A stretch of DNA of 64,000 bases from Candidatus Thorarchaeota archaeon (GCA_016933575.1 JAFGAR010000028.1:160001-224000); one strand, 5' to 3'; counted from the first letter of the stretch, positions 9,588 through 20,514 are shown. Notes: generated from the sequence alone by a model not told the origin. Program-made: numbers and translations.

Positions 9588-10579
9588 TGGAGAAGTATGA
9601 GGGAGAAAAAACTATGAAACTAATTCATAAGGGAAAAGTAAAGCGAGTTCTCGAAGATCCCGAATCAAAAGACCGTGTAGTTATCGAATTTACTGATACA
9701 GTGACCGCTGGAGATGGAGCAAAGAAACAAGAGTTCACTGGAAAGGGGAAACTTGCTTGTGACTTCTCTGAATTCCTCTTTGGTTATCTTGAAGGTAAAG
9801 GAATTGATACGCATTTCATTAAGAGACTGAAAGGACCTCAACTAATGTGCACGAAGGTAGAAATATTTCCTATCGAATTCGTTTGCCGAAATCTAGTTGC
9901 AGGTTCTTTTAGCAGACGCTATGGAACAGAGAAAGGCACTGTGCTGGATTCCCCCCTAGTGGAATATTTTATGAAAAATGATGATTTGCATGACCCGCTC
10001 ATCACTGGAGAATCTATCATTCGATTAGGGCTTGTTTCTCAGAACGATTTGGAATTCATGACTAAAGTGACTCTATCTGTAAATTACTACCTCAGTGAAT
10101 TATTGAAACAGCAGAAACTCACTCTCGTAGATTTCAAACTTGAGTTTGGAAAGGCAGAAAATGGTGAGATAGTTCTTGCAGATGAGATTTCTCCTGATAC
10201 TATGAGGGTGTGGGATGCTACAGCGACATCGCTCGATAAAGATGTCTTTAGAGAGGATAAGGGTGACCTCATTGCAACATACGAAAAGTTACTCACCGCT
10301 GTGAAGACTGCAAGATCTGAGGATGTTGAAGCGAGATTGGAATCAGTCTACATCATTGTGGAACCAAAGCCGGCGATAAAGAATCCTCCAGGTGAAGTGA
10401 CTCGAAAAGCTCTCATTAGATTAGGCTTTGCTGAAGTCGAGGATGTACGAATGGGCAAGGTCTTCAATATCACCCTCAAGAAACCCTTGACCTCAGAGAT
10501 TCTAAAGCATCTAGAAGTGATGAATGTAAAACTTCTCTCGAATCCCATTTCTGAGAAACATAAGGTGAGGTTTGAGTAG
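9587..10579 (+). CDS. purC: SAICAR synthetase fused to a C-terminal PurS domain
   Basis: GKVK, FTD.VTAGDG, P.EFVCRN..AGS, LVDFKLEFG, LADEISPDTMR, LDKDVFR; then PurS-like PKPAIKNPPG..LGF..V.DVR.GK..LLSNPI.E. Alternative start ATG 9614 (SD GAGGGAG). Confidence 0.93.
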   Translation: MEKYEGEKTMKLIHKGKVKRVLEDPESKDRVVIEFTDTVTAGDGAKKQEFTGKGKLACDFSEFLFGYLEGKGIDTHFIKRLKGPQLMCTKVEIFPIEFVCRNLVAGSFSRRYGTEKGTVLDSPLVEYFMKNDDLHDPLITGESIIRLGLVSQNDLEFMTKVTLSVNYYLSELLKQQKLTLVDFKLEFGKAENGEIVLADEISPDTMRVWDATATSLDKDVFREDKGDLIATYEKLLTAVKTARSEDVEARLESVYIIVEPKPAIKNPPGEVTRKALIRLGFAEVEDVRMGKVFNITLKKPLTSEILKHLEVMNVKLLSNPISEKHKVRFE

Positions 10580-11274
10580 TGTCGATTGCAGTCCTCAGAT
10601 TTCCTGGAACAAATAACGAAAATGATGTTCTTAGGGCTCTATCACTTATTGAGGGAGCAAAACCATATCTTGTACCTTCTCGGAAGGGACTCGCGGGTCT
10701 AGAGGATGCTGATGGTGTCTTTATTCCCGGAGGATTCTCATATGGAGATTATCTTCGGGCAGGTGCAGTTGCATCAGTGGAAACAATTACTGAAGGAGTA
10801 AGAGATCTAGCTGAAGATGGACGTCCAATTATTGGCGTATGTAATGGTTTTCAAATACTTACTGAGATGGGATTGCTTCCAGGTGCCTTGCTTCCAAATA
10901 GGACTGCGCGTTTTGTATGTGGGTGGATCAATCTTAGGGTCTGTGAGAATCCAACGATATTTACAGAGGGATTGGAGAATGCAGTCCTTCGGCTGCCAAT
11001 CGCCCATGCAGAAGGGAATTATTATTGTACGAATGAAGATCTCACTTCTCTCAAGGATGAAGGACGCATACCGCTACGATACTGCAATGAGTTAGGAGAG
11101 ATCGATGAAGCTTCTAATCCAAATGGATCCATAGGAAATATTGCAGGTGTCATTAGTCAGAATGGCAATATACTGGGACTCATGCCTCATCCTGAACGAG
11201 CAAGTAGACAGATCCTCGGTTCGGTTGATGGTTTAGCAATATTAGAAAACTTTGTGAGGGCAACAAAATGCTGA
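10579..11274 (+). CDS. purQ: FGAM synthase glutaminase subunit
   Basis: FPGTN, PGGFSYGDYLRAG, GVCNGFQIL, PIAHAEG, GLMPHPER. Confidence 0.97.
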   Translation: MSIAVLRFPGTNNENDVLRALSLIEGAKPYLVPSRKGLAGLEDADGVFIPGGFSYGDYLRAGAVASVETITEGVRDLAEDGRPIIGVCNGFQILTEMGLLPGALLPNRTARFVCGWINLRVCENPTIFTEGLENAVLRLPIAHAEGNYYCTNEDLTSLKDEGRIPLRYCNELGEIDEASNPNGSIGNIAGVISQNGNILGLMPHPERASRQILGSVDGLAILENFVRATKC

Positions 11275-13436
11275 ACAAATCAGAATTGGAATATGCAAAG
11301 TCAGTTCTTGGTAGAGAGCCCACGCAGACCGAACTTGGTATGCTTGATGTTCTATGGTCAGAACATTGCAGCTATAAGAGTAGTAAACGATGGTTTTACT
11401 TGTTTAAAACTGAAGGTGAAAAAGTTGCTCTTGGAATTGGCGAAGGCGCTGGACTCGTCGATATTGGTGACGGCTATCTCATAGGAGTTGCGATGGAGTC
11501 CCACAATCACCCAAGTCAGATTGACCCGTACAATGGAGCTGCTACAGGCGTAGGTGGCATAATTAGAGATGTCATCTCACAAGGCTGTAAAGCAGTAGGT
11601 CTAATGAATTGCCTACGGTTTGGACCCCCTTCAAAACCGCGTAATGCATACCTCTTGGAGAATGTTGTCCGAGGCATCTCTGAATATGGAAATAGTGTAG
11701 GTATTCCGGTGGTTGGAGGAGAACTAGAGTTCGATGATTCGTATGATGATAACTGCCTTGTGAATGTAGTTTGTGTCGGATGGATAAAACCAGAATATAT
11801 TGTACGTAGTAAAGCCAAGACCACTGGACATCACTTAGTTTTATTTGGTTCAACGACAGGGAGAGACGGTATCGCTGGAGTCAGTTTTGCCTCTGAGACC
11901 TTTTCTGATGATGAAGATGAGAATCGTGGTGCAGTTCAAATTGGGGATCCTTTATCAAAGAAAGTCTTGATAGACACACTTCAGGAACTCGTTGAAGAGA
12001 AACTACTAGAAGGCCTTCAAGACTTTGGTGGTGGTGGTATGACATCAGCAGCTGGGGAACTTGCATCAGCTGGTGGAACAGGAGTAGAGATTGATCTTGA
12101 TAAAGTTCCTTTAAGAGAGGCAGATATGGAACCATGGGAGATAGTGATTTCCGAGTCTCAGGAGCGCATGCTCGGTATTGTCGCACCGGAAAACCTTGAT
12201 CGAGTCATCCTACTTCTTGAGAAGAACGATACTCCGTATGGTATCATTGGAAAAGTGACAGATGATAAACACTACACTGCAAAGTGGAATGGTGAGATTA
12301 AGGCTCGATTACCAATAGACCTCCTTGTCGGAGGATTTCCAGTTCCAGAAAGAGTAGAAGGAAAGATAACTCCACAGACAGAATCTATGTCATGGTTCAA
12401 TGAACCTGAGGACTATAGGAGTATCTTACTTGAACTAATTGAATCGATCAATATCTGCGATAGATCATGGGTCTATAGTCAATATGACCAACATGTGCAA
12501 TCCAATACAGTTGTAGACCTTGGGGAGAACGGTGGTGTACTTGAGTTTCCTAATGGAAGACTACTTGCTTTTACTAGTGATTGCAACTCTTTTTGGTGTC
12601 TATTAGATCCTCAACAGGGAACAGCTAATTCAGCATGTGAATCACTCAGGAATCTTATATCTATGGGAGCAAGTCCAATCTTCATAGCGGATTGCCTAAA
12701 CTTTGGAAATCCAGAACGACCTGAATCATATTGTCAGTTTGTGGAATCTGTACGCGGTCTCGGTCGCTTCTCTCATGACTTCAATATTCCAATTGTAGGG
12801 GGGAATGTGTCACTCTATAACGAGTCCTCTGTGGATAATCAAGCGAAACGAATCAATCCAACACCTCAGATAATGATTGCTGGCATCTTTGAAAGGAACT
12901 TCACCCCGGTTAGACGAAATCTTTGTACACCTTGGGCAAATATTTTCCTCATCGGCGAAACGCTTCCAGAATTGAATGGCTCAGAATTCCAGAGAATCAC
13001 CATTGGTCAGGTAAAGGGAATTCCACCTAGGTATCGACCTGATGAAGAAAAGAGAGGAATGAATGTCATCTTGGAGGCTCATAAGAAAGGACTCATCAGA
13101 TCATGCAACAATGTAGGACGCGGTGGAATAGCCGCTGCACTCTTGAAGATGGCTCTCAATAGTCACTATGGATTCAAACTCAATTTAGATTATATTCCAG
13201 GCACTGTGAGTAGTGTTGCTCAACGGCTTTTCTCAGAAACCTCTGGAAGGTACTTGGCAGAAGTCACAGAGAGTAATCAGCCAGAATTCCTAACAATAGT
13301 AGAGAAATATGGTTCGACAGTATGTGAACTTGGTTTAACGATAGCAGATCCTATTGCAGATTTTGGAAGATTCAGTATACCAATGAAAGAAGTCAAGGAT
13401 GCATACTCAAGGGGTCTAAGAAAATACATGGAGTGA
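11268..13436 (+). CDS. purL: FGAM synthase subunit PurL
   Basis: WSEHCSYKSS, ESHNHPS, GAATGVGGIIRD, SESQERM, LNFGNPE, GGNVSLYN. Confidence 0.97.
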   Translation: MLNKSELEYAKSVLGREPTQTELGMLDVLWSEHCSYKSSKRWFYLFKTEGEKVALGIGEGAGLVDIGDGYLIGVAMESHNHPSQIDPYNGAATGVGGIIRDVISQGCKAVGLMNCLRFGPPSKPRNAYLLENVVRGISEYGNSVGIPVVGGELEFDDSYDDNCLVNVVCVGWIKPEYIVRSKAKTTGHHLVLFGSTTGRDGIAGVSFASETFSDDEDENRGAVQIGDPLSKKVLIDTLQELVEEKLLEGLQDFGGGGMTSAAGELASAGGTGVEIDLDKVPLREADMEPWEIVISESQERMLGIVAPENLDRVILLLEKNDTPYGIIGKVTDDKHYTAKWNGEIKARLPIDLLVGGFPVPERVEGKITPQTESMSWFNEPEDYRSILLELIESINICDRSWVYSQYDQHVQSNTVVDLGENGGVLEFPNGRLLAFTSDCNSFWCLLDPQQGTANSACESLRNLISMGASPIFIADCLNFGNPERPESYCQFVESVRGLGRFSHDFNIPIVGGNVSLYNESSVDNQAKRINPTPQIMIAGIFERNFTPVRRNLCTPWANIFLIGETLPELNGSEFQRITIGQVKGIPPRYRPDEEKRGMNVILEAHKKGLIRSCNNVGRGGIAAALLKMALNSHYGFKLNLDYIPGTVSSVAQRLFSETSGRYLAEVTESNQPEFLTIVEKYGSTVCELGLTIADPIADFGRFSIPMKEVKDAYSRGLRKYME

Positions 13437-13442
13437 TGCTTA

Positions 13443-14876
13443 ATGGTTGATGTATTGATCATCGCTGGGAGTAAGAGTGATGAAAGAATCGTTGAGAAAG
13501 CGACTAATGTTCTCGATGAATTGGAGATTCAATATGAAGTGAAATATGCATCTGCCCATCGAGAACCAGAAAAAGTGAAGTCTATCGTAAAAAAGAGTGA
13601 GGCAAGAGTCATTATTGCCATCGCTGGTCTGTCGGCTGCATTACCTGGAGTGGTTGCTTCTCATACCTCGAGACCTGTTATTGGTGTGCCAGTAAACGTT
13701 ACCCTGGATGGATTGGATGCACTTCTTTCAATCATGCAGATGCCAAAAGGAGTTCCAGTGGCAACCGTTGGAATTGATAATGGACAGAATGCGGCATATC
13801 TTGCAGCACGGATTCTGGAAGTTAACACTAAAGAAACCACAAGAATACCAGCAACATATGCTGAAGCTGGTGTCGATGAGAGTCTAGTAGCAAAAGGACT
13901 TGAGGTTCTTGGTAAGTATGTAAGACAATCATTCAAGCATGGCGAGATTATGCAAGACTACGGTCATTATGCTAATACCGTCAAGATTTCAGAAGATCTC
14001 TGTCTTGCTCTCTCAACAGATGGTGTTGGGAGCAAGGTGCTTGTTGCTGAACTCTCTGAAAAGTATGATACAATAGGGGAAGACTGCGTTGCGATGAATG
14101 TCAATGATCTCATTTGTATCGGAGCGACTCCTGTTGGATTTGTTGATTATCTAGCATCCGAGAAACCACTTCCTACTGAAACAATTGAGGAAATAGCAAA
14201 GGGACTACTGAAGGCGTGTGATGAATCTGAAATTCCGATTCTTGGCGGAGAAACGGCCATTCTGCCAGATATGATAAGAGGTCAGAAAGGACCGGGTCTC
14301 GATCTAGCAGGAACTGCGGTTGGGATTGCCAAACCATCAGAATTATTCGATGGAAGTAGTATTCAATCCGGTGATGTCATACTAGGAATTTCATCAAATG
14401 GTATTCATTCTAATGGTTTCACTCTGGCGCGAAAAGTTCTGTTAGCAAAATACAAACTTCAAGACAAGTTGCCATGGGGAGTAACACTAGCAGAAGAACT
14501 ATTGAAACCAACTAGAATTTACGTACCTCATTTCAAAGCAATGAAGGAGGCAAGAATTGAAATCAAGGGTCTCGCACATATCACAGGCTCTGGATTCAAG
14601 AAGATATTGAGACTTGGTCAATTGAGATTCATCATTTCAGATTATCCAGACATTCCGCCGATTTTTGATTTGATAAAGAAAACAGGAAATATCTCATGGG
14701 AAGAGATGTTCACGACATTCAATATGGGGATAGGGCTGATTGTTGTTGTGCCAGAGAACCAGGAGGAGATGGCTAAGCGAGTTCTTTCGAATTTGGATGA
14801 AACATATCGACTAGGAATTGTCGAGGATTCTATGAAAGGCGAAGTTAGAATAGAACCATTTGGAGTGAAAATTTAG
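13443..14876 (+). CDS. purM: PurE-PurM fusion (AIR carboxylase/mutase + AIR synthetase)
   Basis: N-terminal [28 protein letters not shown] (PurE); then YAEAGVD, TDGVGSK, AMNVND, GGETA, GIHSNG, AHITG.G, TFNMGIG (PurM). Confidence 0.93.
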   Translation: MVDVLIIAGSKSDERIVEKATNVLDELEIQYEVKYASAHREPEKVKSIVKKSEARVIIAIAGLSAALPGVVASHTSRPVIGVPVNVTLDGLDALLSIMQMPKGVPVATVGIDNGQNAAYLAARILEVNTKETTRIPATYAEAGVDESLVAKGLEVLGKYVRQSFKHGEIMQDYGHYANTVKISEDLCLALSTDGVGSKVLVAELSEKYDTIGEDCVAMNVNDLICIGATPVGFVDYLASEKPLPTETIEEIAKGLLKACDESEIPILGGETAILPDMIRGQKGPGLDLAGTAVGIAKPSELFDGSSIQSGDVILGISSNGIHSNGFTLARKVLLAKYKLQDKLPWGVTLAEELLKPTRIYVPHFKAMKEARIEIKGLAHITGSGFKKILRLGQLRFIISDYPDIPPIFDLIKKTGNISWEEMFTTFNMGIGLIVVVPENQEEMAKRVLSNLDETYRLGIVEDSMKGEVRIEPFGVKI

Positions 14877-16129
14877 TGTCGAAGGTACTTCTTATAGGAA
14901 ACGGGGCTAGAGAACATGCAGTCGGAGTAGCCTTGATTCGTTCAGGAGTTGAGCTTCATACTCATATGGACAGATTGAATCCTGGTCTCGCAAAGATCTC
15001 TAAAGAGGTATCAATTGGTTCGACAACAGATATCAAAAAACTACCAAATCTATGGGGCTATGATTATGCTTTCATTGGTCCAGAAGCGCCCTTAGCCTCA
15101 GGGGTAACAGATTTCATCACCAATCGAGGCGTACCTTGTATAGGACCAAATCAAGCAGCTGCTATGATTGAAACTAGCAAGTCCTTTGCTCGGATTGTTA
15201 TCGACCAAGTGATTCCGCAAGCTAATCCACGATTCATGGTTGTAAGAAGTATCGATGACCTCAGGAAATTCGAGAAACAGATTGGCATTGAGAATATCGT
15301 TGTGAAACCTAATGGTCTCACGGGAGGAAAAGGTGTCAAGATCTTCGGAGAACATCTGAACTCTCGAGATGAACTAGAAAAATATGCTATCGACCTTCTC
15401 ACAAAGACAGGTGTAGTAGTCCTTGAAGAGAAGCTCAATGGAACTGAATTTACAGTACAAGCGTTTGCGGATGGTGGAACGCTTGAGTTCATGCCACTCG
15501 TTCGTGATTATAAACGAGCATTTGATGGCGACACAGGACCGAATACTGGTTCAATGGGATCATATTCAGCATCAGATCATGGACTGGAATATGTTTCCCA
15601 AGAAGACTTTGAGTTGGCTAAGACCATTATGAACGCAACAATGATTGGAATCAAAAAGAAAACAGGTTCTGAGTTCAAAGGTATTCTATATGGACAGTTC
15701 ATGAAAACTCAAGAAGGAGTGAAAGTAATCGAATATAATGCAAGATTTGGCGATCCAGAAGCAATGAATGTTATGTCGATACTATCAAGCTCTATGGATG
15801 AAGTCTGCCAAAGAATAATTGATGGAAATCTTGGCAAAGTCGATTTTGAAAAGAGTGCTACTGTCTGTGTGTATATTGTCCCTGAGGGTTATCCAGGTCC
15901 GGATGTAATCAAAGATAGCCCATTAACAATTGATGATAGCGTGCAAAGCAATCTGTATTATGCTTCTGTATACGAAAAAGATCAACAAATATTCACGACA
16001 GGGAGTAGAGCAATTGGAGTCCTAGCGAAAGGTGATACTGTGAAAGCTGCTAGGGAGATGGCATATCAAGATGTCAAGAGAATCAAAGGGCGAGTAAGAT
16101 ATCGATCTGATATTGCAGCTCATTTGTAA
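14876..16129 (+). CDS. purD: Phosphoribosylamine-glycine ligase
   Basis: G.GAREHA, GPEAPL, GLTGGKGV, GPNTGSMG, EYNARFGDPE, YRSDIA. Confidence 0.97.
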   Translation: MSKVLLIGNGAREHAVGVALIRSGVELHTHMDRLNPGLAKISKEVSIGSTTDIKKLPNLWGYDYAFIGPEAPLASGVTDFITNRGVPCIGPNQAAAMIETSKSFARIVIDQVIPQANPRFMVVRSIDDLRKFEKQIGIENIVVKPNGLTGGKGVKIFGEHLNSRDELEKYAIDLLTKTGVVVLEEKLNGTEFTVQAFADGGTLEFMPLVRDYKRAFDGDTGPNTGSMGSYSASDHGLEYVSQEDFELAKTIMNATMIGIKKKTGSEFKGILYGQFMKTQEGVKVIEYNARFGDPEAMNVMSILSSSMDEVCQRIIDGNLGKVDFEKSATVCVYIVPEGYPGPDVIKDSPLTIDDSVQSNLYYASVYEKDQQIFTTGSRAIGVLAKGDTVKAAREMAYQDVKRIKGRVRYRSDIAAHL

Positions 16130-16140
16130 GGAGGGATATA

Positions 16141-17694
16141 ATGGAAAAATTGCTAGTTGTTGATTATGGGGGGCAATATACTCATCTAATAGCTAGAAGA
16201 TGCAGAGAACTTGGCGTCTACGCTGAAATCATATCTCAAGATCTTGAGTTAGTAGGTGCAAATTTAGAAGGTGTGAAAGGGATCATCTTATCCGGGGGAC
16301 CAAGAACTGTCACTACGGATGACATGAATTATACATTCCAAAACAATCTCAGACTGATGTTTGATAATAATGTGAAAGCTCTGGGTATTTGTTTTGGACA
16401 TCAGTTATTGGCACTATATCATGGCGCAAAACTGGAACCTGGAGGTAATCCAGAATATGGCCAGACAGTAATTAACGTGATAGACAATCATGCACTGCTT
16501 TCAGGACTTGATAGAACTCAGTCTGTATGGATGAGTCATAGTGATGAAGTACGAGAATTGACTTCTGATATGATAGGGCTTGCGGCTAGTAACTCCAATC
16601 GGATTGCTTCGTTTGCTGATAAGAATGGAAAGTATTTTGGTCTTCAGTTCCATCCTGAAGTGACACACACTGATAATGGATTATCCGTTTTGAGAGCATT
16701 TCTCAGGAATATCTGCTGCTACGAAGAAGAGTGGAAACCAGAAGACCAAGTTGGCGATATTCTGCAATATATCAATGAGACAGTGGGAGATTCGAAGGTT
16801 CTCATGGCTACTAGCGGAGGCGTTGACTCTACTGTAGCAACCGTTCTTTTAAGAAAGGGAATCGGAGAACGACTGTTTTGTGTCTTCGTTGACAATGGAC
16901 TGCTAAGAGAAGGAGAGAGTGAAGAAGTATCAAAGTCTTTCCAAAACATGGGCTTTGAGAATTTTGTTGTTGTCGACGCAAGTGATGAATTTCTTATGAA
17001 GCTCGAAGGTGTTGAGGATCCGGAAGAGAAACGTCGTGTTATTGCAGAGACCTTCATTGAAGTCTTCGAAAGAAAAGCAAAGGAATTGCAGCAAGAATAT
17101 GGACAATTCGAGTTTCTAGGACAAGGAACCATCTATCCCGACCGTGTTGAGAGTGCGGCTACTGGAAAGGACACAGCTGTCATTAAGAGTCATCATAATG
17201 TTAGACTTCCCGATTGGATGAAATTGAAACTCATAGAACCACTAAAAGACCTCTACAAAGATGAAGTCAGACTCGTTGGTTTGAAACTGGGAATCCCAGA
17301 GAAGTTGATACATAGACAACCGTTCCCAGGACCTTCTCTAGCAATTCGAATAAGTGGACCAGTCTCAAGAGAACAACTTAAAATTCTCAGACATGCTGAT
17401 TCGATTCTTCAAGAAGTATTCGAGTCTCAGACATTCTATCCAAGTATATGGCAATCTTTCTGTGTGCTACTTCCGGTAAGAACTGTAGGAGTAATGGGTG
17501 ACGAGAGGACATTTGATCAAGCAATCGTAATCAGATCCGTTGAGAGCAAGGATGCTATGACAGCATCAGTCAGCAAATTGCCTTGGGAAACACTCTTACT
17601 TGTTGCCTCACGTATTGCCAATGAGGTAAAGGGTGTTAATCGAGTGGTCTATGATCTCACATCAAAACCACCCGGAACAATAGAATGGTATTGA
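16141..17694 (+). CDS. guaA: GMP synthase (glutamine-hydrolysing, fused GATase + synthase)
   Basis: GICFGHQ, QFHPEV, SGGVDS, QGTIYPD, IKSHHNV, PFPGP, KPPGTIEW. Confidence 0.97.
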   Translation: MEKLLVVDYGGQYTHLIARRCRELGVYAEIISQDLELVGANLEGVKGIILSGGPRTVTTDDMNYTFQNNLRLMFDNNVKALGICFGHQLLALYHGAKLEPGGNPEYGQTVINVIDNHALLSGLDRTQSVWMSHSDEVRELTSDMIGLAASNSNRIASFADKNGKYFGLQFHPEVTHTDNGLSVLRAFLRNICCYEEEWKPEDQVGDILQYINETVGDSKVLMATSGGVDSTVATVLLRKGIGERLFCVFVDNGLLREGESEEVSKSFQNMGFENFVVVDASDEFLMKLEGVEDPEEKRRVIAETFIEVFERKAKELQQEYGQFEFLGQGTIYPDRVESAATGKDTAVIKSHHNVRLPDWMKLKLIEPLKDLYKDEVRLVGLKLGIPEKLIHRQPFPGPSLAIRISGPVSREQLKILRHADSILQEVFESQTFYPSIWQSFCVLLPVRTVGVMGDERTFDQAIVIRSVESKDAMTASVSKLPWETLLLVASRIANEVKGVNRVVYDLTSKPPGTIEWY

Positions 17695-17838
17695 TGAGGT
17701 AGTTACAAAGGAATCAAGACCTTTTTGTAGGCAACAAGATACTTGATATGATAATATCAAATCGATTATTCTCTATCAATTTGTTAGAAACCACATACTT
17801 TGAAAGGAACATGCAGCTCCTACGGATGGCGTGATACA

Positions 17839-18990
17839 ATGCGAAGAAAGCTTGTCTACCCATATTCAGAATCACTCCTTGACTATGAATTCAATAAGGA
17901 CCACCCTCTAAAGCCCGAGAGATTGAAACTCACCTATTCACTTTCCAAACAACTGGGACTCATTGATAAAGTAGAACTGCTTGAACCTAAAATCGCCACA
18001 AGAGAAGACCTTGAACTATTTCACTCGCCCGATTTCGTTGATGCGGTAGAAAGAGCTGGAACGACTCTGAATCCTGAGTACAAATATGGTCTAGGGACTC
18101 CAGATAATCCAGTATTCCCGATGATATATGAAACTGGAGAGAGATACGTGGGAGCGACATTGGACGCAATGAAGAGAATAATCGAGGGCGCTTCAAATGC
18201 ATTCTGTATTTCAGGAGGGCTTCATCACGCACATAGAAATGCAGCCTCAGGTTTTTGCATCTTTAACGATATTGCCATTGCGATAAACTATCTAAAGAAG
18301 AAGAAGGGAGATAATGTACGTTGCCTCTATTTTGATTTCGATGCACACCATGGTGATGGTGTCCAGAATGCGTTTTATCGTGATAAAAACGTCTTAACAA
18401 TCTCAATACACCAAACAGGAAAAACTCTATTTCCAGGTACTGGATTTGTCTATGAAACTGGCGGTGCAGAGGGAACTGGGTATGCTGTCAATATACCAGT
18501 AATTCCTGGTGCTGGCACACCAGAACTAATCAAGACTTTTGATGAAATTGTAGTCCCACTCTTTAATGCCTATAGACCAGATTTACTTGTCACGCAGCTT
18601 GGAGTAGATGGACACTTTATGGACCCCTTGGCGCACCTTGCTTACACTTCCCATGGGTATGAATATGTTGTAAGAGGACTAAGAAAACTGGCTGCTGATA
18701 ACTGCAAATTAGGATGGCTTGCTGTTGGCGGAGGAGGATATCATCCAGTTAATGTTGCAAGACTTTGGACACTCTTTCTGGCTGTAATGCTTGATGAAAA
18801 AATACCCATGAATATTCCTGATGAGTTCAAAGAGATGTGCGCCACGATGAGTTTTGAAAGATGCCCAGGAACAATGAGAGATGAAGACGAGATTGTCCAA
18901 ATGTATTTCTCAAGGGAAGAAGTTGAACTGGACCTTGAAAGAACTCTTCGTCGATTGAAGGAACTTGTATTTCCGTATCATGGTTTGTGA
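17839..18990 (+). CDS. Histone deacetylase-family (AcuC-like) lysine deacetylase
   Basis: HPLKPER, GGLHHA, SGFCIFND, DFDAHHGDG, FPGTG, GVD.H..DPL, GGGGY; ATG 17839 preferred over TTG 17800. Confidence 0.92.
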   Translation: MRRKLVYPYSESLLDYEFNKDHPLKPERLKLTYSLSKQLGLIDKVELLEPKIATREDLELFHSPDFVDAVERAGTTLNPEYKYGLGTPDNPVFPMIYETGERYVGATLDAMKRIIEGASNAFCISGGLHHAHRNAASGFCIFNDIAIAINYLKKKKGDNVRCLYFDFDAHHGDGVQNAFYRDKNVLTISIHQTGKTLFPGTGFVYETGGAEGTGYAVNIPVIPGAGTPELIKTFDEIVVPLFNAYRPDLLVTQLGVDGHFMDPLAHLAYTSHGYEYVVRGLRKLAADNCKLGWLAVGGGGYHPVNVARLWTLFLAVMLDEKIPMNIPDEFKEMCATMSFERCPGTMRDEDEIVQMYFSREEVELDLERTLRRLKELVFPYHGL

Positions 18991-19000
18991 ATCCGTCTGT

Positions 19001-19627
19001 CTAATCAGGGATTATGTTCATCTGTAGATCAATCCATTTTCGGACCATCTTGATAACAAGATCTGAGGTTGTCGCCATAATGATTGCATCGGCATCTTCA
19101 GAAAGTAGTGAGGAGGGATCAATACCAGAGCGTGCTACACGAAGCAAAGCAGGATAGCATAACAGACCGAGACCTTGGACTACATCAAGAGAATCATCCC
19201 CAGTAATCTGCATATCTTCGCCTATCAAATCAGTTGGTAAAGTCTTGGAATCACTATCCAATAAATCAATGAAAACTGCTTCAGATGCAACAATCGTTAC
19301 ATCGGGCTCTATGCATTCATCAAATACTTCCGGTTTCCCTTTGTCAAATACTAGAGTGACTTCTTCATTGGTGTCAGAGACTTTGAAACAAATACTGATG
19401 TCTCTGTACGAGTTCATCGTTGACTGCATGTATTCTTCAAACTGCTCATCAGTAATCTGATGGAGATTTCGAGCGTCTTCCAAATTGACGTTGAGGGCTG
19501 CTCGACACCCATCTACAACAGGCCCTAAGTACTCCATGAGCATGAATTTATCATGATAGATTGTGTGCGCAATTTCAAGCAACCGTTTTTCTAAGCTAAT
19601 GTGTTTATCATCATTCTTTTCTGTCAA
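19001..19627 (-). CDS. Hypothetical protein with SCP2 (sterol carrier protein 2)-like domain
   Basis: Segment ICFKV...VTLVFDKGKPEV...PDVTIVASEAVFIDLL...MQITGD follows the SCP2 pattern. Confidence 0.55.
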   Translation of the reverse strand: MTEKNDDKHISLEKRLLEIAHTIYHDKFMLMEYLGPVVDGCRAALNVNLEDARNLHQITDEQFEEYMQSTMNSYRDISICFKVSDTNEEVTLVFDKGKPEVFDECIEPDVTIVASEAVFIDLLDSDSKTLPTDLIGEDMQITGDDSLDVVQGLGLLCYPALLRVARSGIDPSSLLSEDADAIIMATTSDLVIKMVRKWIDLQMNIIPD

Positions 19628-19739
19628 GATGGTTCAAAGGTATTCGCTGTATTTTGTATATAGAGATGATGATGTGTCATTTAGCTCGTCATACATTAAC
19701 TGAAAAGGAACATACGCATCAATAATCTGAGGGTCTCTG

Positions 19740-20495
19740 ATGACAACGGACATTCATACACATCTGGGAACAAGTCCCAATGAAGTATATGATGTAGATG
19801 CCGATAATATGGAAGAGCAAGTAGACATGCTAATTTCAAGAATGGATACTTTTGGAATCGACAAAGCTGTATTAGTACCAGATGAACCACGAATCAAGAC
19901 AACTCTGTATGTAAAAGCTGCTGAAATATATCCAGACCGATTATTCTCTGCTTGTTCAATCATACCTAGACCGATAGATACAGCCAACAAGAAACTGTTG
20001 GAATACATCGATTTAGGTTGTAAAGCTGTTGAACTTTCTGATGAAACATTTCATCCAAGAGACCCAGCTGCCCAAGCACTGATTAAAGCAGCAGTGAATA
20101 AGAATATGCCCATCTATTTGAAAATAGACAATCTAACAAGCGACTATATTATGTTTCTTGACACAATTACAACTGTGTATCCAGAGGGCAAGTTTGTAAT
20201 ATTGAACATGGGAGGATTGTTTGGTTTTCCACAATTGATCACATTGACAGCTCGTCCAAATCTCTGGCTTGAACTTTCAACAACCTTTATCAAATTGGTT
20301 GAATCACCACTAAGAGTCTTTTTGGATTCAATTGTACAGGACATCGGAGTGAGAAAGTTAGTATTCGGTTCAGGTTATCATAGTCAATATGTCGATATGA
20401 TGGCAGCTCTAAATCTAATAGATCTAAATATTGAAACAAGCAGATTAGTCTTGAAAGAAAATGCATGGCTAATACTTGGAGTGGATTTTTCATAG
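19740..20495 (+). CDS. Amidohydrolase_2-family TIM-barrel protein (degenerate metal site)
   Basis: DIHTH, MD..GIDKAVL, YPDRL, PNLWLELS, KLVFGS. Confidence 0.8.
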   Translation: MTTDIHTHLGTSPNEVYDVDADNMEEQVDMLISRMDTFGIDKAVLVPDEPRIKTTLYVKAAEIYPDRLFSACSIIPRPIDTANKKLLEYIDLGCKAVELSDETFHPRDPAAQALIKAAVNKNMPIYLKIDNLTSDYIMFLDTITTVYPEGKFVILNMGGLFGFPQLITLTARPNLWLELSTTFIKLVESPLRVFLDSIVQDIGVRKLVFGSGYHSQYVDMMAALNLIDLNIETSRLVLKENAWLILGVDFS

Positions 20496-20514
20496 GTATA
20501 GGAATGTCGAATAA

